Part shown: piece after piece, positions 1 through 10,439 of the stretch
Layout of the letters: every line of letters begins with the position of its first letter
How positions within the stretch are numbered: position 1 is the stretch's first letter
Assembly (NCBI GenBank): GCA_051269965.1
Contig: JBNMFK010000001.1
Coordinates: 1 to 45,796, forward strand
Length of the DNA: 45,796 nt
Reading direction: 5' to 3'
Origin: Algoriphagus sp.
GTDB taxonomy: Bacteria > Bacteroidota > Bacteroidia > Cytophagales > Spirosomataceae
Notes under the pieces: model-generated
Seen by the model: only the letters and a program-made list of their open reading frames with translations
Database searches by the model: none
Told to the model about the DNA's origin: nothing
Made by a program: the position numbers and the translations under genes

Positions 1-1
1 C

Positions 2-520
2 AATGATAGTACAGGAATATTAACAGAAGGTAAGTCCATGCTTGTATCTCCTGGTTCTGGTCCAAGACATTTTACTTTTCACCCTAATGGAAAGTTTGGC
101 TATGTAGTTCAAGAAATGACGGGTACAGTAACGGTATTCAACTACACAGATGGAAGCTTAGAAACGGTCGAGGAGGTAAGTACACTTCCTGATGGTTTTG
201 AAGGAAAGAACTCATCCTCTGACTTGCATATCTCTCCGGATGGTAAGTTTTTATATGCAGCTAATAGGTTTCACGATTCCATTGTTGTGTTCTCAATCAA
301 TGACGAAACAGGTAAGTTGACTCAAAAAAGTCATCATAGCACCATGGGGAAGGTTCCTCGTAATTTTGCTATCTCTCCAGATGGAAAATACGTCTTGGTT
401 GGAAACCAAGAATCTGACAATATAATTATTTTTGTGAGAGATGCTTCTTCGGGTAAACTGACTCCTACGGGTCAGGAGATTGTTGTTTCCATGCCTGTTT
501 GCCTGTTGTTTGTGGATTAA
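2..520 (+). CDS. Lactonase family beta-propeller (6-phosphogluconolactonase/Pgl-like), 5'-truncated by window edge
   Basis: Frame is open from base 2 (NDSTGILTEGKS-MLVSPG); motifs GSGPRHFTFHPNGK, DLHISPDGKFLYAANR and PRNFAISPDGK are typical of the lactonase family. Confidence 0.9.
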   Translation, partial: NDSTGILTEGKSMLVSPGSGPRHFTFHPNGKFGYVVQEMTGTVTVFNYTDGSLETVEEVSTLPDGFEGKNSSSDLHISPDGKFLYAANRFHDSIVVFSINDETGKLTQKSHHSTMGKVPRNFAISPDGKYVLVGNQESDNIIIFVRDASSGKLTPTGQEIVVSMPVCLLFVD

Positions 521-616
521 AGGGTATTATTTTGATGGATTTTTGAAATTCTTAATGAATAGAGTATGAATGGCATAGTTTTGTCGTTTGATAAGAGGAA
601 TCCGACTTTTGCTTTC

Positions 617-1540
617 ATGACTAGAATACTTACAGCCTTTTTTTTTCTTATACTTTTCGAGTCTTGTTTCCTTTTTGGGAGTGATGGAGGTGCAGATAAG
701 CCACCTTTAGTTCAACCTGAAGTCCCTTTACCCGAATTTCTTAGTACACCAGCTTCTCATCTTATTACTCCAGGAATTATTGACGAAGCTTCTGGAATAG
801 TAGCCTCAAAATCTATTCCTAACAGTTTATGGGTGATTGAAAATGGGAATACATCACCATCGTTGCACCTACTATCTACTCTTGGAGAATACAAAGGCAA
901 AATTGATTTACCACTTTTTAATAGAGATTGGGAAGATTTATCCTCTGGGCCTGGACCTATTGAAGGTCAAAATTATCTCTATATTTCAGACACTGGTGAC
1001 AATGCAGCTGTGCACGGTAAATACATTATATACTTTTTGAAAGAACCAAGGTCACTAGATGATACGGATTGGGATTTGGAAGCAGTAGATTTTAAGTATA
1101 GCGATATAGATGCCTTGGATGTCGAAGCCATGTTTGTGGATCCAGGTTCAAGAGATATTTATCTTATTTCTAAAAGACAGCTTTTTAGTGTAAGGGTGTA
1201 TAAGATAGCTTTTCCTTATGATTTAGAATTAGAAAATACTGCTGTTTTTCAAGGGTCTATTCCGCTTTCTTTTATTACTGCGGCAGATATCTCATCTGAT
1301 GGTCGGCAAATAATGATTAAAGACCAAAATGCTATATTCTACTGGCGTAGACAGGAATTTGAATCTATTTATGAAGCTTTAAGCCGTAATAGAGACGTAG
1401 GAGCTCCTTATTTTGTTGAGCCACAAGGAGAAGCCATATGTTTTGATATAGAAAGTTCTGGATACTATACGTTATCAGAGAGAGCAAGTGCACCACAAGT
1501 AAGCCTTAATTATTACCAAAGAAAGGTAGTAGAAAACTAG
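617..1540 (+). CDS. Putative lipoprotein, beta-propeller-like hypothetical protein
   Basis: Likely start ATG 617 (MTRILTAFFFLILFES-C, lipobox-like); motifs EASGI, DWEDL, YISDTGDN, DVEAM, TAADIS, QGEAI resemble a conserved Bacteroidota propeller family; ORF track starts at 566. Confidence 0.6.
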   Translation: MTRILTAFFFLILFESCFLFGSDGGADKPPLVQPEVPLPEFLSTPASHLITPGIIDEASGIVASKSIPNSLWVIENGNTSPSLHLLSTLGEYKGKIDLPLFNRDWEDLSSGPGPIEGQNYLYISDTGDNAAVHGKYIIYFLKEPRSLDDTDWDLEAVDFKYSDIDALDVEAMFVDPGSRDIYLISKRQLFSVRVYKIAFPYDLELENTAVFQGSIPLSFITAADISSDGRQIMIKDQNAIFYWRRQEFESIYEALSRNRDVGAPYFVEPQGEAICFDIESSGYYTLSERASAPQVSLNYYQRKVVEN

Positions 1541-2856
1541 CCAAACATTTTACCTAGCCTTCCTGCTCCCTGAAGCTTGTTCATTTTTTTCATCATTTTT
1601 CGCATTTGGTCAAATTGCTTCAATAGGTTATTCACCTGCTGTATAGAAGTACCACTACCATTGGCAATTCGTTTTCTTCGAGTTCCATTAATGATGTCAG
1701 GGTTCTCTCTTTCTTTAGCTGTCATACTTTTTATGACGGCCTCTATGGGTTTAAAAGAATCATTGTCAATGTCGATGTCCTTAACAGCTTTTCCCATACC
1801 AGGAATCATACCCATTAGATCTTTGACATTTCCCATTTTCTTAATTTGATCTAACTGACTTAAGAAATCATTGAGGTCGAATTTATTCTCCCTCATTTTC
1901 TTATTCAATCGCTTGGCATCTTCCTCATCATAAGCTAGCTGAGCCCTCTCTACTAAGGAGGTCACATCGCCCATGCCTAAGATTCTATTTGCCATTCTGT
2001 CGGGATGAAAGATATCTAAATCTTCCATTTTCTCTCCCGTACTCATGAATTTGATAGGCTTATCTACCACAGCTTTCACAGAAAGAGCGGCTCCACCTCG
2101 AGAGTCTCCATCAAGCTTGGTAAGGACTACACCATCAAAGTCAAGGCGTTCGTTAAAAGTCTTAGCAGTGTTTACCGCATCCTGACCTGTCATGGAATCT
2201 ACCACAAAGAGGATTTCGGTAGGATTAGTGGCTTTCTTGATATCTTCTACCTCCTTCATCATTATCTCGTCCACGGCAAGCCTACCCGCTGTATCTATGA
2301 TAATGATGTTTTTACCCTTCGCTTTCCCTTCTTTTATTGCATTTCGTGCAATGTCAACAGCATTTTTATTATCGGGTTCGGCATAAACGTCTACGCCTAT
2401 TTGCTCACCTAAAACCTGTAACTGCAAGATAGCAGCAGGTCTATACACGTCAGCGGCGGTAAGAAGAACCTGCTTCCCTTGTTTCCTTAGATAATTAGCA
2501 AACTTTCCAGCGAAGGTAGTTTTACCAGAACCCTGTAAACCAGCAATTAATACCACTGCAGGGTTGCCTGTTATATTTACATTCTTTGCTGTACCACCCA
2601 TAAGAGTGGTCAGTTCTTCTTGAACGATCTTTGTGAAGAGTTGACCAGGTTCTACTGCTATCATTACCTTGCGGTCTAGAGCTTCCTTTTTTACACGGTC
2701 AGTTACTTCTTTAGCTACTTTATAATTTACATCAGCATCTATTAAAGCTCGACGTATTTCTTTAATAGTTGCTGCAATATTGACATCCGTTATTCTACCT
2801 TTTCCCTTAAGGGTTTTAAAAGCACCGGATAATTTATCTTGTAAGTTCTCAAACAT
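1537..2856 (-). CDS. ffh: Signal recognition particle protein Ffh
   Basis: MFENLQDKL N-terminus, GLQGSGKTT P-loop, DTAGR, TKLDGDSRGGAALS, Met-rich M domain. Confidence 0.98.
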   Translation of the reverse strand: MFENLQDKLSGAFKTLKGKGRITDVNIAATIKEIRRALIDADVNYKVAKEVTDRVKKEALDRKVMIAVEPGQLFTKIVQEELTTLMGGTAKNVNITGNPAVVLIAGLQGSGKTTFAGKFANYLRKQGKQVLLTAADVYRPAAILQLQVLGEQIGVDVYAEPDNKNAVDIARNAIKEGKAKGKNIIIIDTAGRLAVDEIMMKEVEDIKKATNPTEILFVVDSMTGQDAVNTAKTFNERLDFDGVVLTKLDGDSRGGAALSVKAVVDKPIKFMSTGEKMEDLDIFHPDRMANRILGMGDVTSLVERAQLAYDEEDAKRLNKKMRENKFDLNDFLSQLDQIKKMGNVKDLMGMIPGMGKAVKDIDIDNDSFKPIEAVIKSMTAKERENPDIINGTRRKRIANGSGTSIQQVNNLLKQFDQMRKMMKKMNKLQGAGRLGKMFG

Positions 2857-2931
2857 CTTTTTTTGCTGATTCTTGTGGCTGACACGTAGTCAGGAAAACG
2901 GACGTAAATCTAGCTATTTGCATGATTGAAA

Positions 2932-2968
2932 CGAAATAAAAAACCTCCGCATATATTATGCGGAGGTT
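2932..2968 (-). terminator. Intrinsic terminator of the 3009..3380 gene
   Basis: Perfect 12-bp inverted repeat aacctccgcata-tat-tatgcggaggtt (2942-2968) with an A-tract on its left, giving a U-tract on the minus strand. Confidence 0.8.
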
Positions 2969-3008
2969 CAGATATAATTAAACTTTTAACACGTATTAAG
3001 AATATACT

Positions 3009-3380
3009 TTATTTTGTATCCGCAGAAACGGAACGCTTGGTTTCTGTCTGTATTTCAAAAGCCCTTTTAGTAATTTCACGGTCAGTACTTAGAATGAAGA
3101 AATACTTACCGTCTGGCAAAGGAGATAAATCGAATATTTTTTCATAATTACCATTGTTTACAATGCCTTTAAAAAGAACATTACCACTGGTGTCTTTTAT
3201 CTGTAAAATAGATTCTTTTAAAATGTTGATTGCGGACACTTTAAACTTCACACCCTTTAAAACTTTAAGGTTAAGTTCAGTCTCGGCCAAGTTGGCTCTG
3301 TAAATTAGATCGTTCGCAAAAGTGCTGCTAACTGTTGATAATCCTATCAAAATTGCTGCTGTTAATACTAACTTTTTCAT
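3009..3380 (-). CDS. Small secreted protein, single Ig-like/T9SS-CTD-like (DUF3244-like) domain
   Basis: Sec signal MKKLVLTAAILIGLSTVSSTFA; pattern LQIKDTSGNVLF...FDLSPLPDGKYFF. Confidence 0.65.
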   Translation of the reverse strand: MKKLVLTAAILIGLSTVSSTFANDLIYRANLAETELNLKVLKGVKFKVSAINILKESILQIKDTSGNVLFKGIVNNGNYEKIFDLSPLPDGKYFFILSTDREITKRAFEIQTETKRSVSADTK

Positions 3381-3461
3381 AATTTTTGTCTGTTATAATT
3401 TTAAAATTCAGTAGAAGGGTTTCTTGAAAAATCACTTTTAGTTCATCACCCGTTTACACCA

Positions 3462-3469
3462 CAAACATA
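3462..3469 (-). promoter_or_regulatory. Bacteroidota sigma-A -7 element
   Basis: Minus strand reads TATGTTTG (TAnnTTTG), about 80 nt upstream of the 3380 start. Confidence 0.55.
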
Positions 3470-3751
3470 GCGTAAAAGTCTTTATAGATGCAATAGGGCC
3501 GATACCATGGAGTTAATATTCATATCACAATCCTATCGAAATCTTGAAATAATACCAGATTTATCGCTATCGTAATACAAGTACTTCTAAAAGTACAACA
3601 CTATTTAACAATGCCTTAATACTAGTGATTTACATCCTTTCAAGAAAAAGCTTGGACATATACATCTTGCTGTGCAATCTCATTAGCCAATAATGCAATT
3701 TTGTTATTTTGAGAAATCCTTAATAATCGGAATTATGTTCGTGCAAGGCAC

Positions 3752-3778
3752 AAAAAATCTCCCAAACTATGGGAGATT
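3752..3778 (-). terminator. Intrinsic terminator of fbaA
   Basis: aatctccca-aacta-tgggagatt hairpin with an A-run on its left, about 25 nt past the fbaA stop. Confidence 0.75.
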
Positions 3779-3801
3779 CTTGAAAACTAAGAATAATAGT
3801 A

Positions 3802-4884
3802 CTAAACTAAGGTTTCTGTTCTATTAAGACAGTTTAAATCTTCAAAAGCTATTTTCAAACGATCCACCATGCTGGTCTCTCCTTCGCGAAGCCATTTTCG
3901 TGGATCATAATATTTCTTATTTGGGACATCGTCTCCATCAGGATTACCCAATTGAGTCTGGAGGTATGCGTCATTTTTATGATAGTATTTCAATAAACCT
4001 TCCCATGTGCTCCACTGCATATCTGTATCGATATTCATTTTAACAGCACCGTAATCAATAGCCTCTCTAATTTCTTCTCTTGAAGAGCCAGAGCCACCAT
4101 GGAATACAAAATTTACAGGTAGAGGCCCTGTTTTGAATTTCTCTTGAATGAAATCTTGAGAATTTTTAAGGATTTTTGGCTGAAGAGAAACGTTACCTGG
4201 CTTATAAACACCATGGACATTACCAAAAGCTGCAGCCACCGTAAAATTAGGAGAAATAGCCAAAAGAGTCTCGTAAACATAAGCCACTTCAGAAGGCTGA
4301 GTATAAAGCTTAGAACTATCTACATCAGAATTATCTACGCCGTCTTCTTCACCGCCAGTAATTCCTAACTCTATTTCTAGGGTCATGTCTATTTTAGCCA
4401 TACGCCTTAGATACGCAGAGCAAATCTCCATATTCTCTTCTAAGGACTCTTCAGAAAGGTCAATCATGTGAGAGCTAAATAAAGGCTTACCTGTTTGGGC
4501 GAAATGCTTTTCGCCGGCATCTAAAAGGCCGTCAATCCATGGCAATAATTTTTTAGCACAGTGGTCAGTATGTAAAACTACAGGAACGCCATAATGTTCA
4601 GCCATATGGTGGACATGAAGTGCTCCAGAAATAGATCCTGCTATGGCAGCCTTCTGGTTATCATTTGAAAGGCTTTTACCTGCGTAAAATGAGCCTCCAC
4701 CGTTTGAAAATTGAATGATTACTGGAGACTTTAAAGCTGCAGCAGTTTCTAAAACGGCATTGATTGAATTGGTGCCTACTACGTTTACAGCGGGAAGTGC
4801 ATAATTGTTTTCGTTGGCATGACGAAGTAGCTGATTGAGAGCTTCACCAGTTACTACGCCCGGCTTAATCAATGATTGACTCAT
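3802..4884 (-). CDS. fbaA: Class II fructose-bisphosphate aldolase
   Basis: ALPAVNV, LHTDHC, SSHMIDLS, GGEEDGVD, FGNVHGVYKPG, VFHGGSG, KMNIDTD, KKYYDPRKWLR. Confidence 0.98.
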   Translation of the reverse strand: MSQSLIKPGVVTGEALNQLLRHANENNYALPAVNVVGTNSINAVLETAAALKSPVIIQFSNGGGSFYAGKSLSNDNQKAAIAGSISGALHVHHMAEHYGVPVVLHTDHCAKKLLPWIDGLLDAGEKHFAQTGKPLFSSHMIDLSEESLEENMEICSAYLRRMAKIDMTLEIELGITGGEEDGVDNSDVDSSKLYTQPSEVAYVYETLLAISPNFTVAAAFGNVHGVYKPGNVSLQPKILKNSQDFIQEKFKTGPLPVNFVFHGGSGSSREEIREAIDYGAVKMNIDTDMQWSTWEGLLKYYHKNDAYLQTQLGNPDGDDVPNKKYYDPRKWLREGETSMVDRLKIAFEDLNCLNRTETLV

Positions 4885-4963
4885 AAAATTATCGTTTTGG
4901 TATTAAAATTAGATTTTCTTTGAACATAAGAGGTCTTTCTGCTAAAAATGTCCGAAAAGAAAA

Positions 4964-4971
4964 CAAAAGTA
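4964..4971 (-). promoter_or_regulatory. -7 promoter element for fbaA
   Basis: Minus strand reads TACTTTTG, 80 nt upstream of the fbaA ATG. Confidence 0.55.
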
Positions 4972-5119
4972 ATATTTTTGAAATTGAGGACACAGAAAAG
5001 CTTGTTTTTTTGACTTGAGTTTGGATTTCTAGGTAGGAAAGAAGAACAATGGTTATTAGGAGCCCTAATGAACCTAGCGGCGTCCATTTTGTTGTTTATA
5101 TAAATTAGTTTCTTAGAGT

Positions 5120-5653
5120 ATGTTAGAGAAAATAGGCCTTGTTGTAGGCACTAATAGGTCCGGTGCTTTGTCATTGGAAATGGCAGCGTATTATCGTAGT
5201 AAAATTGAGGTTTTAGGTCACGAGACGGTACTTTTATATCTGAAAGATTTACCAGATGATTTTGCTTTTTCTGCTCTGTACAACAATAGAGGAAAAAACG
5301 ATGCATATAATGCTTTTCAAGCTTCTATTGATAGCGTTCAAAAACTAATCTTTTTTGTCCCAGAATATAATGGTTCTTATCCAGGTGTCCTGAAAACATT
5401 CATAGATGGCCTACGCTATCCAGACTCGTTAGCTTACAAAAAAGTTGCTTTAGTGGGACTTGCCAATGGGGTACTTGGCAATACTCTGGGCCTAAGTCAT
5501 CTGAATGACGTCATGTCTTATATGGGTGCCCATGTTTTGGGCCTCAGAGTAAAATTGGGTGAAATATCTAATCATTTCGATGGCGAAAAAATAACTAACC
5601 CCACCTATGAGAACTTCATCAATCACCAGATTGAAACTTTCTTAAAGTTTTAG
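5120..5653 (+). CDS. NAD(P)H-dependent FMN reductase (flavodoxin-like)
   Basis: VGTNR N-terminal motif and FVPEYNGSYPGVLKTFID signature. Confidence 0.9.
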   Translation: MLEKIGLVVGTNRSGALSLEMAAYYRSKIEVLGHETVLLYLKDLPDDFAFSALYNNRGKNDAYNAFQASIDSVQKLIFFVPEYNGSYPGVLKTFIDGLRYPDSLAYKKVALVGLANGVLGNTLGLSHLNDVMSYMGAHVLGLRVKLGEISNHFDGEKITNPTYENFINHQIETFLKF

Positions 5654-5771
5654 AGAGTCTTTAGCTAAGACTCATTCGCTTTCAGCCTGACGGAGTTCAA
5701 ATTTTTCAAATTTTGGACATGGAAAGGCTTAAATTTTCGTATAATTGTTGAGTTTTGATATTCAACCTTTT

Positions 5772-8700
5772 ATGAAATTTTCAAGTGCTTTATCACTGGC
5801 ATGCCTCTGTGTTCTAACGAATGCATGTGGTTATAATGTGCCTGGAGAAGTACAGTTGGCTTATTCTGAACTGCCAAAAGAAGTTGATTTCAACTTTGAT
5901 GTAAAGCCAATTCTTTCCGACAAATGTTATGCCTGTCATGGGCCAGACGAGAAAAAGCGGGAAGCTGACTTGCGTTTGGACGTGGCAGAAGAGGCATATA
6001 AAGATTTAGGAGATGATAGGATTTATCAGGCGATAGTTCCTAAGAACCCAGCTCAAAGTATGCTGGTGCAGCGTATCATGTCCACTGACCCAGATTTGAT
6101 AATGCCTAGCCCAGATTCACATTTAAAGCTAACATTAAAAGAGAAAGCAATCCTTATTAGATGGATAGAGCAGGGGGCGAACTACGAAAAACACTGGTCA
6201 TTCGTTATTCCAAATAAAGAAAAAGTACCACGTGTCAAAGAAGCTAATTGGATAAAAAACCCAGTCGATAATTATGTTTTAGAAAAACTAGAGCATAAAG
6301 GGATTAAACCATCAAAGGAGGCTAACAAAACTTCCTTAATTCGTAGAGTCAGTTTTGATCTCTGTGGTTTACCTCCATCTCTAACAGAAATCGATACTTA
6401 TCTAGCAGATACCTTAGAAAGAGCCTATGAAAATATGGTAGACAAGTATTTGTCTTCTGATAGCTACGGAGAACGCATGGCCTCGGACTGGATGGACGTA
6501 GCCCGATATGCAGATAGTGATGGCTATTTAGATGATAAGCATAGAGATTTTAGCCCTTGGCGAGATTGGGTAATTGAGGCATTTAATGATAACATGTCCT
6601 ATAGACAGTTTGTAACATGGCAGCTTGCAGGAGATTTGGTAGAAAATAAAAGTCAGGAAAGCGTGTTAGCAACTGCATTTAATAGGCTTCATCGTAAAAA
6701 TTCAGAGGCAGGGATTATTTTTGAAGAATATAGATCAGAATATGTGGCAGATAGAACCCACACCCTAGGGAAAGCATTTTTAGGGCTTTCTGTAGAGTGT
6801 GCTAGATGTCATGATCATAAGTATGACCCTATCTCGCAAAAAGACTATTACAGAATGTTTGGCTTTTTCAATAGTACCAATGAATGGGGAAGTGCCGTGT
6901 ATGGCCCGGACCAAACTCCTGGGCCGTCCTTACTCTTAAGTAGTCCAGAAAAGGACTCTCTTATTTCTTTTATAAAAAACAAAATATCTGCTTCAGAGAT
7001 TAAACTTAGTCAGATAAAAGGGGAGAGTTTTTCTGACAGAGACTTGGGCAAAGATTTAAATGAGAGTATTGAGAAAAGCTTAGTAGCACATTACCCTTTT
7101 GATAAAATTAACTTACTAGCAAGTAAAAAATATTTATCTCAAGAAGCACGTAACAGAAAAAAGGCCGCAATCATCAAAGAACCCAACCTTAAAAAAGGTA
7201 GAAAAGGAAACAGCATATTTCTCAATGAATTTACCAATATCACACTTCCTTCCAAAGTTGGTTGGTTAGATCACACGGATCCTTTTTCCATTAGTGTTTC
7301 TGTTTTTTCTGATAAGGTACATGATGGGGTGAGCATTTTTACGCATTCGGAAGATAGGCGTCTTGGTCTAAAAGGTTATTCTCTTTTTTTAGTAGATAAC
7401 CGTTTAAAGTTCATTATGGCTTATTCTTGGCCACAAAATGCCATCGAATTAACGACGGCAGAGTCGATAGAAATCAATAAATGGACGGATATAAGCATTA
7501 CCTATGACGGTTCAAGTAGGGCTGCTGGCGTTAAAATATATATGAACGGCATCTTAGCCGAGACGGAAGTTTTAGGCGGTAGTGTGTACAAGTCTATTCT
7601 ATTTGAGCCAAATATTCATACCTATGGATTTGCTGGTTTACAGTTAGGTGTAAGGGGTGGTATTAAAACGTTTATTGGTGGAGGTTTAGATGAATTGAAA
7701 CTTTTCAATAAAGAGCTTTCTCCATTAGAGGTTGGTTATATTTTTAATAAAGACATTTCCAAGAAAAACCAGAATGTTGCAGAGCATTATGCCATGCAAA
7801 AAATGATACAAATCCCTCTTTTTCGAGAAACAAAGAAATGGCGAGATAGCTTGACAAGAGTTTTCGATGGTATTCCGGAAATCATGGTTTTAGGAGATTT
7901 ACCGGAGCCTAGAAGGACATTTGTGCTGGATAGAGGTGTTTATGACGCACCTACAGACGAAGTGCAGCCATCAGCTTTAAATGCAGTTCTTGAATATGAG
8001 GATTCTTTACCTAAAAATAGGCTAGGGCTTACGCAATGGCTTTTTGATGACAGAAATCCATTGACGGCTCGCGTTTTTGTCAATAGGATATGGGCCATGC
8101 ATTTTGGAACTGGATTAGTCAAAACAGCAGACGACTTTGGAAACCAAGGAGATTTACCTATCAACAAGGGCGTGTTAGATTACTTAGCAGTATATTTTAT
8201 GGAGAATGACTGGGATATAAAGAAGCTGCATAAAGAGATTTTGATGTCGGCTACGTTTAGACAAAGCTCTGTGCATAGACCAGAGTTAGATGAGCTAGAC
8301 CCTGAAAATAAACTATTGGCAAGAGGCCCTGCATTTAGGTTGTCTGCAGAAATGATACGAGACAATGCGTTGGCTATTAGTGGATTGTTAGTTAATAAGA
8401 AAGGTGGTAAAAGTGTATATCCCTATCAGCCTGAGGGCTTGTGGGATGAAATCTCCAATAAGGTTTGGAGATATCCCTATTTACAAAAGCCAGGGGTCGG
8501 CTTATATAGACGAAGTTTGTATACCATTTGGAAACGTACTTCGGCTCCACCATCTATGCTTATTTTTGATGTCCCAGATCGCTCTTTTTGTACGGTAGCT
8601 AGACGAAACACCAGCACGCCTTTACAAGCTCTGGTTTTATTAAATGATCCTCAATACATTGAGGCCGCAAGAGTGACAGCAGAAAACATTTTGAGACAAT

Positions 8701-8960
8701 CTAAAGAAAGAAGTACAGCTTTGAGATTAGCCTTTAGGCAAACTTTAGGGAGGTACCCAGATAAAGAAGAAGAACAGCTGTTGAAGCAATTTTATGCAGA
8801 GCAGTATAAAAACTATAGTCTACGTAGGCAAGATGCATTGGCTTATTTAAGCACCGGAGAAATACCCAGAGATGAATCCTTAGAACCAGCAGAAATAGTA
8901 GCCATGACATTGCTCATTAATGGTATGATGAATACGGTTGAGGCTTATTCAAGAAATTGA
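5772..8960 (+). CDS. Planctomycete-type cytochrome c / DUF1549 / LamG / DUF1553 lipoprotein
   Basis: Likely ATG 5772 with lipobox LTNAC; VDFNFDVKPILSDKCYACHG (CxxCH), WMDVARYADSDG and CARCHDHKYDP (DUF1549), LamG-like insert (W..ISITYDGS, G.LDELKLF), NPLTARVFVNRIW, RLSAEMIRDNAL, TPLQALVLLN (DUF1553). Confidence 0.92.
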   Translation: MKFSSALSLACLCVLTNACGYNVPGEVQLAYSELPKEVDFNFDVKPILSDKCYACHGPDEKKREADLRLDVAEEAYKDLGDDRIYQAIVPKNPAQSMLVQRIMSTDPDLIMPSPDSHLKLTLKEKAILIRWIEQGANYEKHWSFVIPNKEKVPRVKEANWIKNPVDNYVLEKLEHKGIKPSKEANKTSLIRRVSFDLCGLPPSLTEIDTYLADTLERAYENMVDKYLSSDSYGERMASDWMDVARYADSDGYLDDKHRDFSPWRDWVIEAFNDNMSYRQFVTWQLAGDLVENKSQESVLATAFNRLHRKNSEAGIIFEEYRSEYVADRTHTLGKAFLGLSVECARCHDHKYDPISQKDYYRMFGFFNSTNEWGSAVYGPDQTPGPSLLLSSPEKDSLISFIKNKISASEIKLSQIKGESFSDRDLGKDLNESIEKSLVAHYPFDKINLLASKKYLSQEARNRKKAAIIKEPNLKKGRKGNSIFLNEFTNITLPSKVGWLDHTDPFSISVSVFSDKVHDGVSIFTHSEDRRLGLKGYSLFLVDNRLKFIMAYSWPQNAIELTTAESIEINKWTDISITYDGSSRAAGVKIYMNGILAETEVLGGSVYKSILFEPNIHTYGFAGLQLGVRGGIKTFIGGGLDELKLFNKELSPLEVGYIFNKDISKKNQNVAEHYAMQKMIQIPLFRETKKWRDSLTRVFDGIPEIMVLGDLPEPRRTFVLDRGVYDAPTDEVQPSALNAVLEYEDSLPKNRLGLTQWLFDDRNPLTARVFVNRIWAMHFGTGLVKTADDFGNQGDLPINKGVLDYLAVYFMENDWDIKKLHKEILMSATFRQSSVHRPELDELDPENKLLARGPAFRLSAEMIRDNALAISGLLVNKKGGKSVYPYQPEGLWDEISNKVWRYPYLQKPGVGLYRRSLYTIWKRTSAPPSMLIFDVPDRSFCTVARRNTSTPLQALVLLNDPQYIEAARVTAENILRQSKERSTALRLAFRQTLGRYPDKEEEQLLKQFYAEQYKNYSLRRQDALAYLSTGEIPRDESLEPAEIVAMTLLINGMMNTVEAYSRN

Positions 8961-8964
8961 GAAA

Positions 8965-10425
8965 ATGAATGACCTGTTAAAAAATATTAAATTGATGGAG
9001 TCCAGAAGGGGCTTTCTGAAAAATACGGCACTGGGTTTTGGTTCTTTGGCTTTAGGGAGCCTCTTGAACCCAGCTTCGTCAAGGCCTAATATCGTCAACT
9101 CCAAGTCACCTATTATAGGGAGCTTAGGTGGCAGCCACTTTCCGGGCAAAGCTAAACGTGTTATTTACTTATTTCAAAGTGGAGGACCGTCACAAATTGA
9201 ATCTTTTGACTATAAACCTCAATTGGCCAGATGGCACGGTCAGGAAATTCCAGAATCTATTAAAAGCACGCAAAGGAATTCGGGAATGGTCGCTGGTCAA
9301 TCCAGTTTTCCATTAGTGAAATCTATTTATGATTTCAAGCAGTATGGTGAGTCTGGAGCCTGGATATCAGAGTTGTTTCCGCATACGGCTGGCATGGTGG
9401 ATGATTTGTGTATTGTGAAGTCTATGTACACAGATGCCATTAATCATGAGCCTGCGGTGATGATGATGCAGACTGGGTCTCAGCAAGCTGGAAGGCCTTC
9501 TATTGGCTCTTGGTTAAGTTATGGCTTGGGCTCAGATAATGAGAATTTGCCGGGCTTTGTGGTTTTGATATCCAAAGGTGGCGGTGCACAGCCTTTGAGT
9601 TCTGCGGCATGGGGAAATGGGTTTCTTCCTTCTCACCATCAAGGTGTGCAGTTTAGGTCTGGGAATGATCCGGTCTTGTACCTTAAAAATCCTTATGGAA
9701 TCAATCATCATGACCGTCGTGGACATTTAGATTTTATCAAAGAAATGAACGAGCATCAGCACCAAGTATGGGGTGACCCAGAGATTCATTCAAAAATTAG
9801 CCAATACGAAATGGCTTATCGCATGCAGGCTTCGGTTCCAGATGCGGTGTCCACTAAAGATGAGCCTGATTATATATTTGACATGTACGGCGAAGATGCT
9901 AGAACGCCTGGCACTTATGCCGCTAATTGCCTTCAGGCAAGGAAACTGGCAGAGAAGGATGTTAAATTTATTCAACTTTATCATATGGGCTGGGATCATC
10001 ATGGAGGTTTGCCAAAAGGTATGCTTAACCAAGCTAAACAAACAGATCAAGCTAATGCTGCTCTAATTAAAGACTTGAAGCAAAGAGGTTTACTGGAAGA
10101 TACACTTGTGGTTTGGGGAGGGGAGTTTGGTAGAACTAGTTTTTCTCAAGGTAGGCTAACGCCTACAGATTATGGCCGCGATCATCATCCTGGATGCTTC
10201 ACAATGTGGATGGCTGGTGCTGGGATTAAAGCAGGGACTGTCTATGGAGAGACAGATGATTTTAGCTATAATGTATTACGAGATGGGGTCCACGTTCATG
10301 ACTTTCAAGCCACTCTTATGCATCTTTTAGGTGTGGATCATGAGCAGCTGACGTTTAAGTATCAAGGTCGCCGTTTTAGATTAACAGATGTAGCGGGTAA
10401 AGTGGTCAAAGGTATTTTAGCTTAG
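8965..10425 (+). CDS. DUF1501 domain protein (planctomycete type), Tat-exported
   Basis: SRRGFLK twin-arginine signal; KAKRVIYLFQSGGPSQ, GWDHH, WGGEFGRT, GRDHH, HVHDFQAT, RLTDVAG; ATG 4 nt after the upstream stop. Confidence 0.92.
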   Translation: MNDLLKNIKLMESRRGFLKNTALGFGSLALGSLLNPASSRPNIVNSKSPIIGSLGGSHFPGKAKRVIYLFQSGGPSQIESFDYKPQLARWHGQEIPESIKSTQRNSGMVAGQSSFPLVKSIYDFKQYGESGAWISELFPHTAGMVDDLCIVKSMYTDAINHEPAVMMMQTGSQQAGRPSIGSWLSYGLGSDNENLPGFVVLISKGGGAQPLSSAAWGNGFLPSHHQGVQFRSGNDPVLYLKNPYGINHHDRRGHLDFIKEMNEHQHQVWGDPEIHSKISQYEMAYRMQASVPDAVSTKDEPDYIFDMYGEDARTPGTYAANCLQARKLAEKDVKFIQLYHMGWDHHGGLPKGMLNQAKQTDQANAALIKDLKQRGLLEDTLVVWGGEFGRTSFSQGRLTPTDYGRDHHPGCFTMWMAGAGIKAGTVYGETDDFSYNVLRDGVHVHDFQATLMHLLGVDHEQLTFKYQGRRFRLTDVAGKVVKGILA

Positions 10426-10439
10426 AAAATCATTAATAT

